A stretch of DNA of 63,686 bases, filler included, from Choristocarpus tenellus KU-1152 (taxonomy: Eukaryota > Protista > Phaeophyceae), in assembly GCA_964200185.2 (NCBI GenBank). It is 12 parts of 12 records of this genome, joined end to end, with 100 filler letters (N's around TTAATTAATTAA, not from the genome) between each part and the next. Parts side by side here need not be neighbours in the genome. Positions count along the whole stretch, not along the records: positions 49,034 to 59,699 come from CAXNAD020002797.1; positions 59,800 to 63,686 come from CAXNAD020017361.1; 10 more parts are not named here. One strand, given 5' to 3'. The notes under the pieces are model-generated. The model was not told the origin of the DNA. It searched no databases and worked only from the letters and a program-made list of their open reading frames with translations. Below, in pieces: positions 49,778-62,485 of the stretch (within the stretch, counting starts at the first letter, position 1; every line of letters begins with the position of its first letter). The position numbers were made by a program, and so were the translations under genes.

Positions 49778-52700
49778 GTTTCCTGAGGCGGCATTTTTTG
49801 TGGACGATGACTGGATAAGCGCCACTCTCGATGCTGCCGGGGTAAGCAGCTCATAAGTTATACTCGGTTTTTCTTTGAAGAATGAAACGTTTGTATGTAC
49901 TGGCACGGATTTAATATGGCATGCCGCCATAATGATACGGCAAGTTTTATCTTGTCTCCTGTACTTTGGTTGCCTTGCAATTCCCTGCAATTGATGGAAG
50001 TGTATTGGGTAGGTTGTACTCCTACTTGCACCATGCGATGATTAACCCTTCATAAAAAGGTTAGGTGCCTTGTCTTATAATGGCATTTGCTCCCTCACTC
50101 CCTTGAGTTTCCACCGAACAAACTATATTGAGCGAGTATCCTCCTATCTTGATACAAGTGCAGATAATGGAGGAGCTACCTGCAAAACCAGTAGTGAATT
50201 GACTGTATGTAGCTTTTATCTGTGTGTTCCACATGATTGAGCTATGCTGCCACAAACACTGTTTAGATTCTTGTAGAGTGTAACCCAATGCTTACTATCT
50301 TTTAGAGGTGTAAATACTACATCCAGTGCAGGAGCCCCAACCACCCTTCCCCCCCCCACACACCTTGCGCAACCATAAGCCCATGGCCCTCCTAATTGTC
50401 ACGATTTGGCACCTGTCCTTACAGATTCCTCGAGTAGTCCTGTCCAGACACAATGCGCCCTCAGCAGGCAAGTCCACCAGCCTTTGGCATGCTGAGATCG
50501 GAGGCCTCAATGATCGAGCACATGCATTTCGCAACAAGGTGAGAAGTCATGTACACAACAGAAGTGGAGTGGGAGACAGACACCAGGTAGGTAAACAAAG
50601 TCCACTAGTAATAACATGGTGAACACATCAACACAAGCACAGCACAGCACAAGTACAAGCAGTAACGTGGGAATGCCTTCCAGCAAACATTGGTGAATGC
50701 ATGGTGGGAGCTACTCCAAGTGTTGAATTTGTTTTGAACCCTGCATGACCATTGCTTTAGCCCTCCGAAGGGCAAACTGACCACAAATAGTATTGCTCCA
50801 CATTACCTTCATCTATTGGTTACCATTCTTCTCACCCTTGCATACTCTCATGCCCATTGCCATCATTGATCGCATTGCAGAGGTATCAAGAAATTCTACT
50901 CGGCTGGATGAGGGAGAAGGAGGGACTCTTTCCTCCCAGAAAATGGGAATCCTTTCTGGAGATTTTCGATCAGGAGTACCGACCTCTGTTGGACCTGAGG
51001 AGGGACACGATGCGTATGGTGAGTGCGGATTGCCCCTTGTGCTGCCTGTGGTTGATGTTTGGGAAGGTGTCACTTCAATGGTTTGAAGCTTTTTTATCCT
51101 TGTCATCTTTAATGATATTTGTAACAACAAGATTGATATGATGGGAGAGGTTGCAAGGCAAATACCTTCTTTTGGCTCAAAGCAACACGTACACAATTTT
51201 ATTTCTGTAGACATTTCTCCTTAATAGTATTATTTTTGTATTCCACATACCTGCCCTTCCAATCATTGCTATTAGTTTGGTATCGCTCCCTTCTGCACCT
51301 ACTATGCTTCTGTCTCAGATATCTAGAGTGCAGAATCCTCCTCCTGGTTAGGAAATAATTGTGTCCAAGCTAAAAACGTTGGATCAATGACTGACACCAT
51401 GTGCGCATTTCATTTCATTGTAGTGACACCAACACTCAAGGGAAAATGTATGCCTCAATTCCAACGCAACTGTCCTCAAAGAGGTGGGAAAATGCACACG
51501 CCATCACCTTGTAATCTTGTGCAATAATGCCAATCAATATAATGGCCTCCACACCACATTGGACCAACATGGTGAATGACTTTGAGTTTGCCCTAGAGGC
51601 CACCTACAATGTTCTTATTGTATCAAACTTGGTCCAATTTTGGACAATCAGAGAGATGGACACAGGGAACAGTCTTGCCTGTCCCAACCGGTGACCTCAC
51701 TGCATCCAATCCTCTGCCCGTGTCTTTTTCTAGGCCGTGGAGTGGCTTGAAGTCAAGGGAAAGAAGTGGTACACCATTGTGCAGACTGGAACAGCATCAG
51801 CAACTGGAGACTGGCGCATCTCTGGCCAGACCACTCTGATTTTCGATAGATTTGTTAATCACTATAAGGGTGAGGCTTCTATTGTATGTGTTGCAGTGGT
51901 GGCCTAAGGGCATGGCAAGAAAGATAGATCTGCCTGACAGGCAAAAGAGTGATGGGGCAGGTCGAAGGCAGGAAAACAAACATTCTACCGGTGCATTCTA
52001 AATTGTTTGTCTACTTAAAATGTTTCCATGGAATGATGCACAAAAAATAAATATACCCTGAAGGGAATACTACCAGTATCATGGACCCTGTTGTCGGCAC
52101 TGGAGCTGTGTGCAATGATATGAATGCTAAGTTGTGAGTAAAATTATAAGGGAGTAGAATACACAGCAAGTGCTTGTTGAGAGGCTGAGAGTGTGTGCTA
52201 AGGGAAACGTGGCAACAGGATTTTCAACGTGGTACGTGCTTGCTCCTTATACCCTTTTGAGCTGCGTTTGCTCCACCTGCTCGCCAGCAAATCATCTCAC
52301 CTTGGCATCGTTTGTGTAGGGTCAAACTAATTGTATGTTGTGTTCACTTTTCTTGCAATTTCAACTGTATTTTGGACCGATGCATATTGGGGGATATGAT
52401 GGGAGGGGGGGGGGGGGCACGGGAACNNNNNNNNNNGGGTGTGTTGGTGGGGGGGGGTGGGGGGGCACGAGCACGTCGCCACAATCAATCTGATCCGATT
52501 GACCAGAAAACACATTCACCGGATGTGATACATCATAAGAGGGTCTCAGGATCACTGTTGTATATAGTCATCGCATCTAAGGCAACCCCCTCAACTGAGT
52601 AAAGGCGCATTTGCCCATGCTTTTTCTTATCATTATCTTATGAAAATCACCTCACTGTGAGAAAACCTTCTCATGTGGATCTAAATTTCCTCATCTATAG

Positions 52701-55700
52701 CTGATTCGACTTGTCTGAAGAGCTGGCTCTGGTGTCTGTCCGCAGGGCACCCTGAGATATCCAGTCATTCGAGCCAAACGAGTTGTGTCGGTCGAAAGTT
52801 GGATAAAACAATACTCCGTGTTTCACAACAGTTCCAAAACTGTGTAAAACATTTTTTTCTAGTGTACGACAATTTGAGATATGGACTGAGTCCAAGCTGA
52901 AGGGAATCGGCCCATTTACATCAACAAATACATGTGTCTACTTTGAAGCACCACCGATAGCACTAATCATGAATAGATCCTAGATTCAGCCTCCACCTTC
53001 ATCCCTTCATAAACACACAAGTACACACAAGTAAAAAAGATACTCCCACAGGTATGGTGTTTAGCGTCGACCTGGATCAAAAATCCTGCCAAGAGACTTC
53101 TCAAATGACAAGTGCCCAAACAGCTGTATTGCCAGAGGACTCTGTTGCAGCCCTTTGGAGGCTGCAGCTCCCCCCAGGACGCGGAATCGATCTCCTCTAC
53201 CTAGACTCGTTTGAGTTTGACAGCTGGGAGGTGACAGAAAAGGGGAGGGGCTGGGTCAGGGGTAGAGCAAATATTTTGTTTGTTTTACATTTTTTTTTGT
53301 CTGATCTCGGTTTTGGAGTTAGAAGGCTGTGTATGTCTGGTAAAGGCTATGAAACTATTCCATTGATCCTCAAGTTGTGGCCCCTGCTACAGGCTCGACC
53401 AGGATCAGAAAGGGGGACGGGGAACATTGGGGACAGGGTTAAGAAGTTTCCAGGATATTAAGAGCGTTGGACAAGTCAACTTGTAGTGGGTATGGGTAGA
53501 TAGGGCAAACCCATTACAGAGCAGATGCAACTCAAACTGTCAGAAATCTATCATTGTTATCAGCAAATAATGGAAAAATATGTTTTCTGGTCTTTAGTCT
53601 TCTGCAGTGGGGTACTCCTTGACATTCCTAGCAACTCTAAAGTGATCTCTATGATGGTACCATCCCCAAGAATGAGCTGTAGATCAGTTAGTCATTCAAT
53701 GGATAGAGTCCATGAATATTTTACGTTGATGCAATTTATGTCATGTTCTACCAATCATCGATTTTTTTTGTGCAGAGTGCATTTTTGGGGTTTAAAATCA
53801 ATGACCTTCTCATCCAGAGCATATGCACCTACTCATACATTACTCAATCCTACTTTATGATCCTACTTGTGAAAATGATTAGGGTAAGTGCAGAAGGGGT
53901 GAGGGACATAGATGTAGGAGGAAGGGCATGATATCTTGCCCTCCTCTTCCCACAAAATCGTAACACACTGGTAACCACATTCCATACATCGTTGTGTGCT
54001 CCAGCCTACCCCCATACATTTGCCTCTGACCTGTCTCCATCTCCTTCATCTAGATTTTATCATTTTGACCCTACCCAATTGCCTTCTTTCTCACCTTCTC
54101 CCCTCCCCATGCATGTAGCAGGAGGGAGGAGATCATGCATCTGCAGTGCATCATCTCAAGGAGCTGAGTGCTGCCCTGCCCAAGATTGTTGCTCAGGCTG
54201 ACCCTCAGGGTGTCCTCATCATGGTAGACGACAATGCACCAGTGTAAGGGGAAAAGGAAGGGGATGGAGTGAGTTGGAAGAAATAAAGAGAGAGCAAAGA
54301 ACAGAACTTAGGACCCACTGCAACGAGTACACTGTAGGGTTGTTGCGTTAGTAGGGACGTTTCACCTTCCAGCATGCTCCTGTATCTGGTGCTAGAGGTT
54401 TGCTGTGACTTCTGTAGTGTATCTATTGTGCTTGAGGTGGTGAGTATGCCCAGCCCATCCCTCCCCCTTCTTACCGGATGCCAAACTGAGTATAAGTGTG
54501 GTGTTGGGAATTCTACTTCAATGCCACTTACGGTTTGGACTCCTTTCCTACATGCCATGCGGTAACTTCTGTGTCTGAAAGATTTCTCAAACACCCGATT
54601 ACCCTGTGTTGGTAAAGTACGAGTTCTGGGCAGCTTAGGTTTTGGTGGAATTTGATGAGACTGCCAAATTGCACATCATCAACACTCCCCAATGACTGTA
54701 ATCTAGAATACCGACCTAGAAAATCAAGTTGCAAAAAATTATTGGGAAGCCTAGACAACGCGGAGGGGCTTAAACAACAATGGAGGACATGCAGTTTTTC
54801 CGACAAGGAATCTGGCACACAAGGACACTTCTATGATCAGCTGCCTGTGGAGTATGATATGTACTTTGAAGTACCTCTTTTCTTGCCCTATAAACCACCT
54901 TGGACCTCATACAGCTCCCCTCAATGCCCTGATTTCTTTGTTTTACCAACCCCCTCCATAAAAAAATAAAATAATATCCTCCACTTGCAGATACGCAATG
55001 TCTGCCAATGATTTCCGACATGAGATGTTGTCCCTGCCCACGGGCAAACCTTGGCTGCTCTCCCCCAATGTGCCCACCAAAGGCAAAGGAACCTATGTGA
55101 GAGAGCTGTTGGATGCCATGCCGGAGGTGAGCCTTTGTAGTTTTAATAACTATTTCACTTAATCTAGTAATGGGGCTTGTTGACCAAAGCATAGCACTTG
55201 GCCACAATTGTCTCATAATACTATGATAGCGTGGGTTAAAGGGCCATATCTTAGTGGGTTTTGTTTTTGTGAGTTACGTACGTGATGAAGGACTCTCGAG
55301 AATTCGGAAGGAGAAATAGACAATAGGTAATTTTTTTGGAATGGGTGACTGTCATTGGTGTAGGACCAAACAAACCATGGATATATTGGCTTCACGAATC
55401 ATTATTTATATTTCCTCCTGATTTACCGTAAGTCCTTCCTCACATCCACAATTCACAAAAACAAAACCCAGTTAAGACAAATCCTAAGGCAACGTCATGA
55501 AAGACACCTGCAGGAAGGCTGGGGCAGTGCAAAGTTTGAATAGCGACTCTCTGGGTATTCTGTCTTCCGTTTTGGAATTCCTCCCTACAGGGCACCAGTA
55601 TCATGCTGAGTAAATACATAGGAGATATGCTCACGTGTAAAATATCGACCTTGACGTTTGCAGACCATGAAGTCTGCATACACAAAAAACATTGTTCCAC

Positions 55701-56534
55701 ACTTCACAAATAACAGGACATGTTTTTACTACACTTCAACATGTAGTCGTTTGCAACTATGGTGTTAGATAATTGGTCCTGTTTTTGGTCTACCCCAATA
55801 GCCAGGGCATATGCCAACATTGAGGATTCGTTCTGAACCGTAGAATATCCCAGTTGCTGTACTCTTATTATTTACTGTTCATGCCGAGTCAAAGTATCTT
55901 AGAGGGTAGAGCCACGTCCATTTGGGGCCCAAAATCCAATGTTGCAATTTTGATGCAATTTTGGTTGTCGTGTTTGTTAGGAAGTGTCAATGTCCATGTT
56001 CCGGACACACCTTTTCATAACGTATACATTTAACCTGCTCCGAAACATTTTGGAGTAGGTAAAATGTCATTAAAAACCCGTGGGAAGTCAAGCCTCAAAT
56101 GGACAAGCAGGTAAAAGCTTGTACCCTCTAAGATAATTTCACTCTGCCCCACGAAGGTTGCTATCCCTGATGCTAACCAACCGCTCAATAATCCCACATT
56201 TTATGTCTCCATACAGTGCAAACGCTACTTCACCTCCTGGCAGCTTGGATGGCTATGTATTTTTGACGAGAAGACAGGAACAGCAACAGGAGCAGGGGCG
56301 ACTGATTTCGACTCATCGAGACAAAGAGAAGACGAAAGTGTCAACCCCAGCACCCCAGGGTTTAACACACATGTCATTGTACCCCCTCTCACACGCCCCA
56401 GGGAAAGAGGAGGAGTGGGGGCAGAGGCTGGAGAAAAAGCCACTGAAGCCACAGGCATTTTGGCAGGGGGTGGATCAGTTTCAGGTGGAAATTTGGTGGA
56501 TGCTGCCAGGGTGCTGCTAGGCATGGGCGGTTGA
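49778..56534 (+). CDS. 5'-partial gene: GT-A glycosyltransferase-like C-terminus fused to a class I SAM-dependent methyltransferase (Methyltransf_24-like). Exons 49778-49841, 50425-50538, 50881-51018, 51734-51869, 53052-53230, 54119-54243, 54991-55126, 56217-56534
   Basis: All 7 introns are GT-AG, phases match (0,0,0,1,0,2,0), and there is no stop until TGA 56532-56534. Product: FPEAAFFVDDDWISATLDAAG|IPRVVL ... RRDTMRM|AVEWL..YTIVQTGTASATGDWRISGQTTLIFDRFVNHYKG|MVFSVDLD..EDSVAAL..IDLLYLDSFEFD..SAVHHLKELSAALPKI..GVLIMVDDN..KGKGTYVRELL..YFTSWQLGW. Confidence 0.85.
55886..56144 (+). mobile_element. MITE family A (259 bp), TSD TGCC, in the last intron of the methyltransferase gene
   Basis: GAGTCAAAGTATCTTAGAGGGTAG ... 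TAAGATAATTTCACTC. Confidence 0.92.
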
Positions 56535-57571
56535 CAGAATTGATTATGTGGGGTTTCTCTCACTTTTGTGCATTCTGTTTCATTCTTCCTGACATCCTGT
56601 AGACTTCTAGCACCTGTGGCGTAGTAGAGTCTTTGGTCTAGACATGTGGCTAGCACTGCAAGCGTTAGTATGGCGATTTATTTGCACAGCTTGGACTTCA
56701 AAGTATGCATTGATGTACGCGCAACAATGGGTGCGCCCTGGTGCTTCTACGATCACAAATTTACTGGAGTGTGTGTACTGTAGTGCTTGTGTGTCATGCG
56801 CGGTGAGGAGGGGGAGCGGGGAAAACTTTCAGCTTCAGACAAGGAAGGGAGAACAAGAAAGGAAAGTTTAATAACTGCACTTACATAAAGCCTCTATGCT
56901 GATCAACGGATTCTTCTTTACATATTGAAAATAACAAAGTAATCGTTTCCAGCTTAACGAGTTTATTTTATCACAAATATAACAAGTATAGTAGCTTGAG
57001 ACAACGCAAATTATGCCTTCCTTAAATAGTATTGGTGAACCCCAGTCAGAGGTTTATTGTCCAGTTACACCATAGAATCGATGTTGAGTCTAATCAAGAA
57101 ATCTGACTGCTATTCTGAGGGCAACAAGAGGGGCTAGTGCCAGGAGGGAAAGAAGAGGGGAAGCTCCACCAGCTAGTAGCCACTGTGCTTCGGCAGTAGG
57201 TACTATTGGTAATATCTGCTCTTCACTCTAGCCTGGGTACTATATCCCGAATTGTCGTAAGGGGGCACTAAGCTCTGCACTACTTATGATACAAACTACT
57301 GTAACTGTTACACCACAACTAATTGTACTACCTCCATTTCTACCTTGCTTGTTGAGTGTTGGGGTCAGTCATTCCACTCCTGATCGTTCCATCTTTGCTC
57401 CTTCAATTCTTGCCCTAGACCCACCTCGATGTTGCTAAGTGTTACCAACTTCTACTCAATGTTGTATTTTTGTTGTATAGAGACAGATTGAATAGCACAG
57501 ATAGGTGCGCAATCTGTGGCGATTGCCATGTGGACTTTGAATAGTCAAGCACAGATTTCCTTGAAAGAAAG

Positions 57572-57646
57572 TCTGGCATCAAATGAGTTTGAACCTGCGA
57601 AATTCACGCAGAGAACAACCTCCGTTAACCACTGAGCCACGTCATC
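57572..57646 (-). pseudogene. tRNA-derived pseudogene or SINE head
   Basis: Minus strand reads GATGACG-TGGCTCAGTGG (A box)-TTAAC...GCAGGTTCAAAC (B box). The acceptor and anticodon stems do not close. Confidence 0.5.
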
Positions 57647-58553
57647 TACCATGCTATGGCACAGCACAACACAAGAGGTCAGGTGTCGAGTTTTCAGGTT
57701 GTCTATCGCCCTTCTCTGCAGTCTACAAATTTTATTTCCTTGGACACCCCATGCTCATCAATAATGCAACCTCTACATGTCTTGGAAGAGAGGCAGCAGG
57801 ATATACCACAAGAACTTGTAATTGTGAAATTAGATGGTATGACTCTATTTGGGAGCGAGTCCAAGGTGACTATTGCAAAATATTCGACGAAGAGATTGGG
57901 GAGACAATCCGGATGACTGAACCCAACAACCGACAAATAAGGTACAAAAGGAGAAATTGCAAATAGGGTCGTAGGTTCCTCATGTGTACCTGGTGAGGTT
58001 GGGAGAGACGGCCAAACTTGCATTGGTCAGCACCCATTCCACCCCCTCAACCCATTTTTATGCATTAATCTCTTTGTACTGGTATCTGATTTTTTTGTGA
58101 CCCTTTGGAGATGATGAACCCAAATATATTTTGGTGACCCATATCTAGTTCTGTTTTTCATTTTTCAGCCCCTTTTCAGTTCACCAAAAGGCAAGGGGTC
58201 TCACACCCTTGTGAACCCGAAGGGGGGAGATGCCCCATCACCATCAAGTACATCATTACTCGTCAGCTCAACCCCGGTTTTTGTTCAAAGCGTGATTGTG
58301 CATCCTACCTTAATCCACATCATTACATCGGTATTGGTCCAGCTTCCGAGTCGGTTTGCACACATTACTTGGAAGTGAGTTGAGGAACCAAGACATAGCA
58401 ATGTTAAGGAGGCCGTCCTTACTCCATCCGTCAAAACTGAATTTGTGCAATTTTTTGCTCATGAGGTGGCCACTGGTGATCTTCTGCTTCAAACAACTAC
58501 AAGGAGGGACACCAAGCTAACTCAGGAAGTTGTAGACAACAAGCACGAAATCA

Positions 58554-58555
<2 letters not shown>

Positions 58556-58600
<45 letters not shown>
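58556..58600. repeat. (CA)n microsatellite
   Basis: About 22 perfect units. Confidence 0.95.
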
Positions 58601-58602
<2 letters not shown>

Positions 58603-58806
58603 ACATGTTTATCATGACTGATGACATATTGGAGATGTGTCAGGCTAGGAAAAAGACAACGAGAGACCAAGGCTACAAAAAATTCTTACACAAGAAGCAA
58701 GCAGAATCATTAGAATTCAGAGCGACTCATTGAAACCCAGAGTGAGATCTCCTAGTAATTGAACTTTGGCAATTTCCGAAATACTCCTTAATGTCTGTAC
58801 AAAGAA

Positions 58807-59067
58807 GAGTCAAACCAAGTGAGAGGTAAGGGAGCGTTCCATTTTTAGGATCCCGAGGAACTGAAAAATTATTACATTTTGTACAATTTCAGAAAGAGCC
58901 TTCTTTGCTGAATTGTGGTATCTTTGTGTGTGGAAAGGGGGGGTATCAGTTTTACGTACAATATTGTGCTCGTGAAGCAATGAAATAGACTGTATTGCAC
59001 AATGTAAGAAAGGTGGCTTGGAATGCAGAAGGGTCGAAACCTGCCTACCTCTAAAATGGTGTGACTT
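58807..59067 (+). mobile_element. MITE family B (261 bp)
   Basis: GAGTCAAACCAAGTGAGAGGTAAG ... CCTACCTCTAAAATGGTGTGACTT. Confidence 0.82.
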
Positions 59068-61158
59068 CAAACTATAGAATACAATCTGTATGCACTGGAG
59101 CTCTAACTATAGAAAAATGTCCCCTGGCAGATTGTGCCCTAGTTGGTACGAACCAATGTTCACGCTGCTAAGCCTCCAACCTAGCCCTATTAGGGTGGGG
59201 ATAGTGAGGGAAGAATCCCAAGAACCTGTGAGTTTCATTAATGCCCACTGGCCTGGTTTATCAAGTCTAGAACGCATTGCCTGCCTCGGAATAGGTACCT
59301 GTCCAGTCAGAGACAATGTCTTGAGCAGGTCTTGACAGGTTCTTTCCTCCTACTACTGTAACCCCCACACATGAGTGACTAGCTCATCAAGAAGGTCTGT
59401 CCTTGGATACACCCTAACACCCACAACTTTCAACCACAGGAAAGAAGTGCTTATATCGATTATAACTAATCAATAAAGATGAAGTAATTATTGGTGTAGT
59501 AGTGACAGGGCGGGGTTTATTGTTTTTGTTGTAGGTAATTGTTGTCACACCGAGTCAATTACAACATAGATGTCCCAGTACACTAAAGTCAACATAAAGT
59601 AACGGATAAATGGATAAAAAAAAATACGAGGGCTCCTTTGATCCTCGTAGTTATAACCTCAACACCTTTGCAGTGGAAAGTTTTGGGCGCCTCGGCAAGN
59701 NNNNNNNNNNNNNNNNNNNNNNNNNNNNNNNNNNNNNNNNNNNTTAATTAATTAANNNNNNNNNNNNNNNNNNNNNNNNNNNNNNNNNNNNNNNNNNNNC
59801 CGGTGATTCTCTTCACCACCCTTGCCTGAGTGAATCACGCTGCCACAGAATCACACGATTCACACAACTTCTAAAAGTATATATGATACATATATTTGTG
59901 TGATTTGGATTTATATGTCTTGTCATTTGGAATCGACAAAGGTTGTTTGCGATGTAAGCACTCAAGGACTACTGTTGTTGTGCTAGGTTGGAGTCGTGGA
60001 CTTGTTGCACCAACATCCCCCGTCTCTTGGTTAGCGCACACTTTTCATTCTCTGAATCTGTAAGAAAGATATTCGTAACTATCCCCACTATTTTCGAAAG
60101 TGCGTGAGCAGTTCCCATTACAACTGTTGCGTCCCCCCTTTCTAATATGGTGCAACCCTGCAAATCCGTCAACGAGCAAGGCGATGACTACTATGATGGT
60201 TTGGAGACAGAAGAAAAGAAGAAAATTAGGGGTTGGGCACTAGGGATCGTGCCCATTGTCCTGGTAAGATTGGCAAGGATTAAGGAAAAAGGAGTCGAGG
60301 TCGTTTGAATTGTTGTGTTAGGGACGGCATGCAAGGAGTCGAAGTACTATGTGAAAATCCGAATTTTGTAAGGCCAATTTCGATCGTATGACTCTGGTGA
60401 CTCTGATGTGTTGTTTGCATGAGACTGGAGCTAAAGAGATATATGGCTTTCAACTTTCCTCCTGTAGTTATGACAGCGTGCTGATGACTTCTGTTCGCCG
60501 ATTCTCTTGATGCTTAATATTTCTAATTCGCCCAAGCCACCGATATTGCCCCACTGGAATTCAGACCGCCTTTGTTTGGTCAGCTTCCAATGTATTGGTG
60601 CAGGACATCTACACAGACCTCCACTTCAACCAATCGGTTGGTCTGGCGATCATTGGCAACTCCCTATTCTCGGTTTTAATACCTGGGTATCTGGGGTTTT
60701 CAGCTCTAGGGCTACTCCAGAGCTCATCAAGAGGGATAAGGAGTGGTGAGTTAGGTGAGAGCACACTTCTGCTGGGGTTGGTATGGCAGTGCCAGATGCT
60801 AAGTGACGAGCACTATTCACAACTAGGTTGAGACTTGTCGATAGGTGTATGGTCTGTGCAAGGAACCTTGGTGGAGTCGGATCTATTTCTCTTGGTCGAC
60901 TTTTTCTTTTATATGTATGGCTCGATTTTATGCTGTTTACAGGCGTAACACCTCTATACAACTCTAAGCCATGGAGAGGTGTGTACGAATATGCATATAT
61001 GTAGAGAGATAGAGAATCAAATGCAGGAGTTGTTAGAATAACCACTTCATTTCAAGTAGCGGGTCAAGACAATGAATGCACAGTACCTTTGAAAGTGCTG
61101 TTGCCCAGAAGGTTCGCTGCCGGTTAAAACAGTTTTTTCTCTTCATTTTTCACCATCA

Positions 61159-61417
61159 GACCCAAAGTATCTTGGAGGGTAGAGCCGCGTCCATTGGGGG
61201 AAAACATCCAATGTTGCGATTTTGATGTAATTTTGGCTATCATGTTTATCAGGAATTGTCAATATCCATATTTCAGACACACCTTTTCATAACGTATACA
61301 TATTACCTACTCCGAAACATTTTGGAGTAGGAAAATGTCATTAAAAAAAAACATGGGATGCCAAGTCCCAAATGGACAAACAGGGCAAATCTCGTACCCT
61401 CCAAGATGCTTTCACTT
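61159..61417 (+). mobile_element. MITE family A (259 bp), TSD ATCA
   Basis: GACCCAAAGTATCTTGGAGGGTAG ... TACCCTCCAAGATGCTTTCACTT. Confidence 0.9.
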
Positions 61418-62485
61418 ATCATGATGCGCCCTGCGAGGGTCCTAAGCAACTCCTCTCTTATTTTTATTCCCAAATCCAACTTGAACGAGGTTCGATGTGA
61501 TTGTTTTGTAATTTGGTAATGTAAGAGAGATGGAAACTGGGAAACTTTTGATCCTTGAATATCTCTATTGTTTTATTTTTCTACTACCACCAACACCTTC
61601 TAGTCATTAGTTCTTAGGTCACACTTGTGGCAGCAATGAATGCATACACTACCTGCAAGCCCCATACTTGCCTAAACGATCCTAATATATACTCTATTAC
61701 CTGAAATACCTCTCTATATATATACATAGGCACATCTATGTGTGCCTTAAGTATGTGCGTATAAAATAAATTACTCGTAAGCATATGCGCCTTGTCTTTC
61801 TCTGTCTGTACATGCTCTTGAACATGTACTCTTTACTATTATAATGGTGCCTAAGCAATGTAATGGACCCAACCCTTTGAAGAAATCAAACGGGTTTTTT
61901 TTCTGGTGGGACGAGAGAACAGGGGAAGGCGTGTGACCAGAGAGTTAGTTTTTCTGAGAGACTTTGCTGAGCAGTGGGAGGACTCTCTGGTATGACAGGT
62001 ACTTGTGGTGTGTATCATGGTGAAGTTGCCCCCCACTGATATCTCAGTTGATAGTTGTAAGTATTTTTGGATATGCTTGAAGTATAAATGGAAGCACATG
62101 CAAACAAACTGCAGTGCTTCATCCCTTAAAGGAATCAAGTGGTGCTCCATAATATTTGCGCTAGTTGATACACCTGTACATACATACGTATGTGTATATA
62201 TGTATATATTCACCTATGAGTGTATCTGAGTATGATTCTTCGGATATTTTCACGGAGACAACTCTTTGTTTTGTCACCTGAGTAGCAGTAGTTGATTTTT
62301 GGGGGTTTGCATCAGAATCGACATTTAAGAAATCACTTAGAGATTGTTAGAGTTGACTTGTTCACAAACCTTGGTTGCTCTCAGCCCTGGCGCTCTGTTG
62401 TGCTTTGTTTTGTGCTTGACTGGGAGGAGACCCCATCAACTGTACCAATACTGATAAAAATTTTTAAGAGAGATGCGTGTATGTA

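Noticed and set aside
54582-54616. Extra micro-exon in the methyltransferase gene
   Set aside because: With the strong GTAAGG donor at 54244 it introduces a stop. Direct splicing 54243 to 54991 keeps the frame.
55886-56144. MITEs acting as intron-creating Introner elements
   Set aside because: Copies lie inside larger introns or intergenic DNA, and none has ends coinciding with the splice sites reconstructed here.
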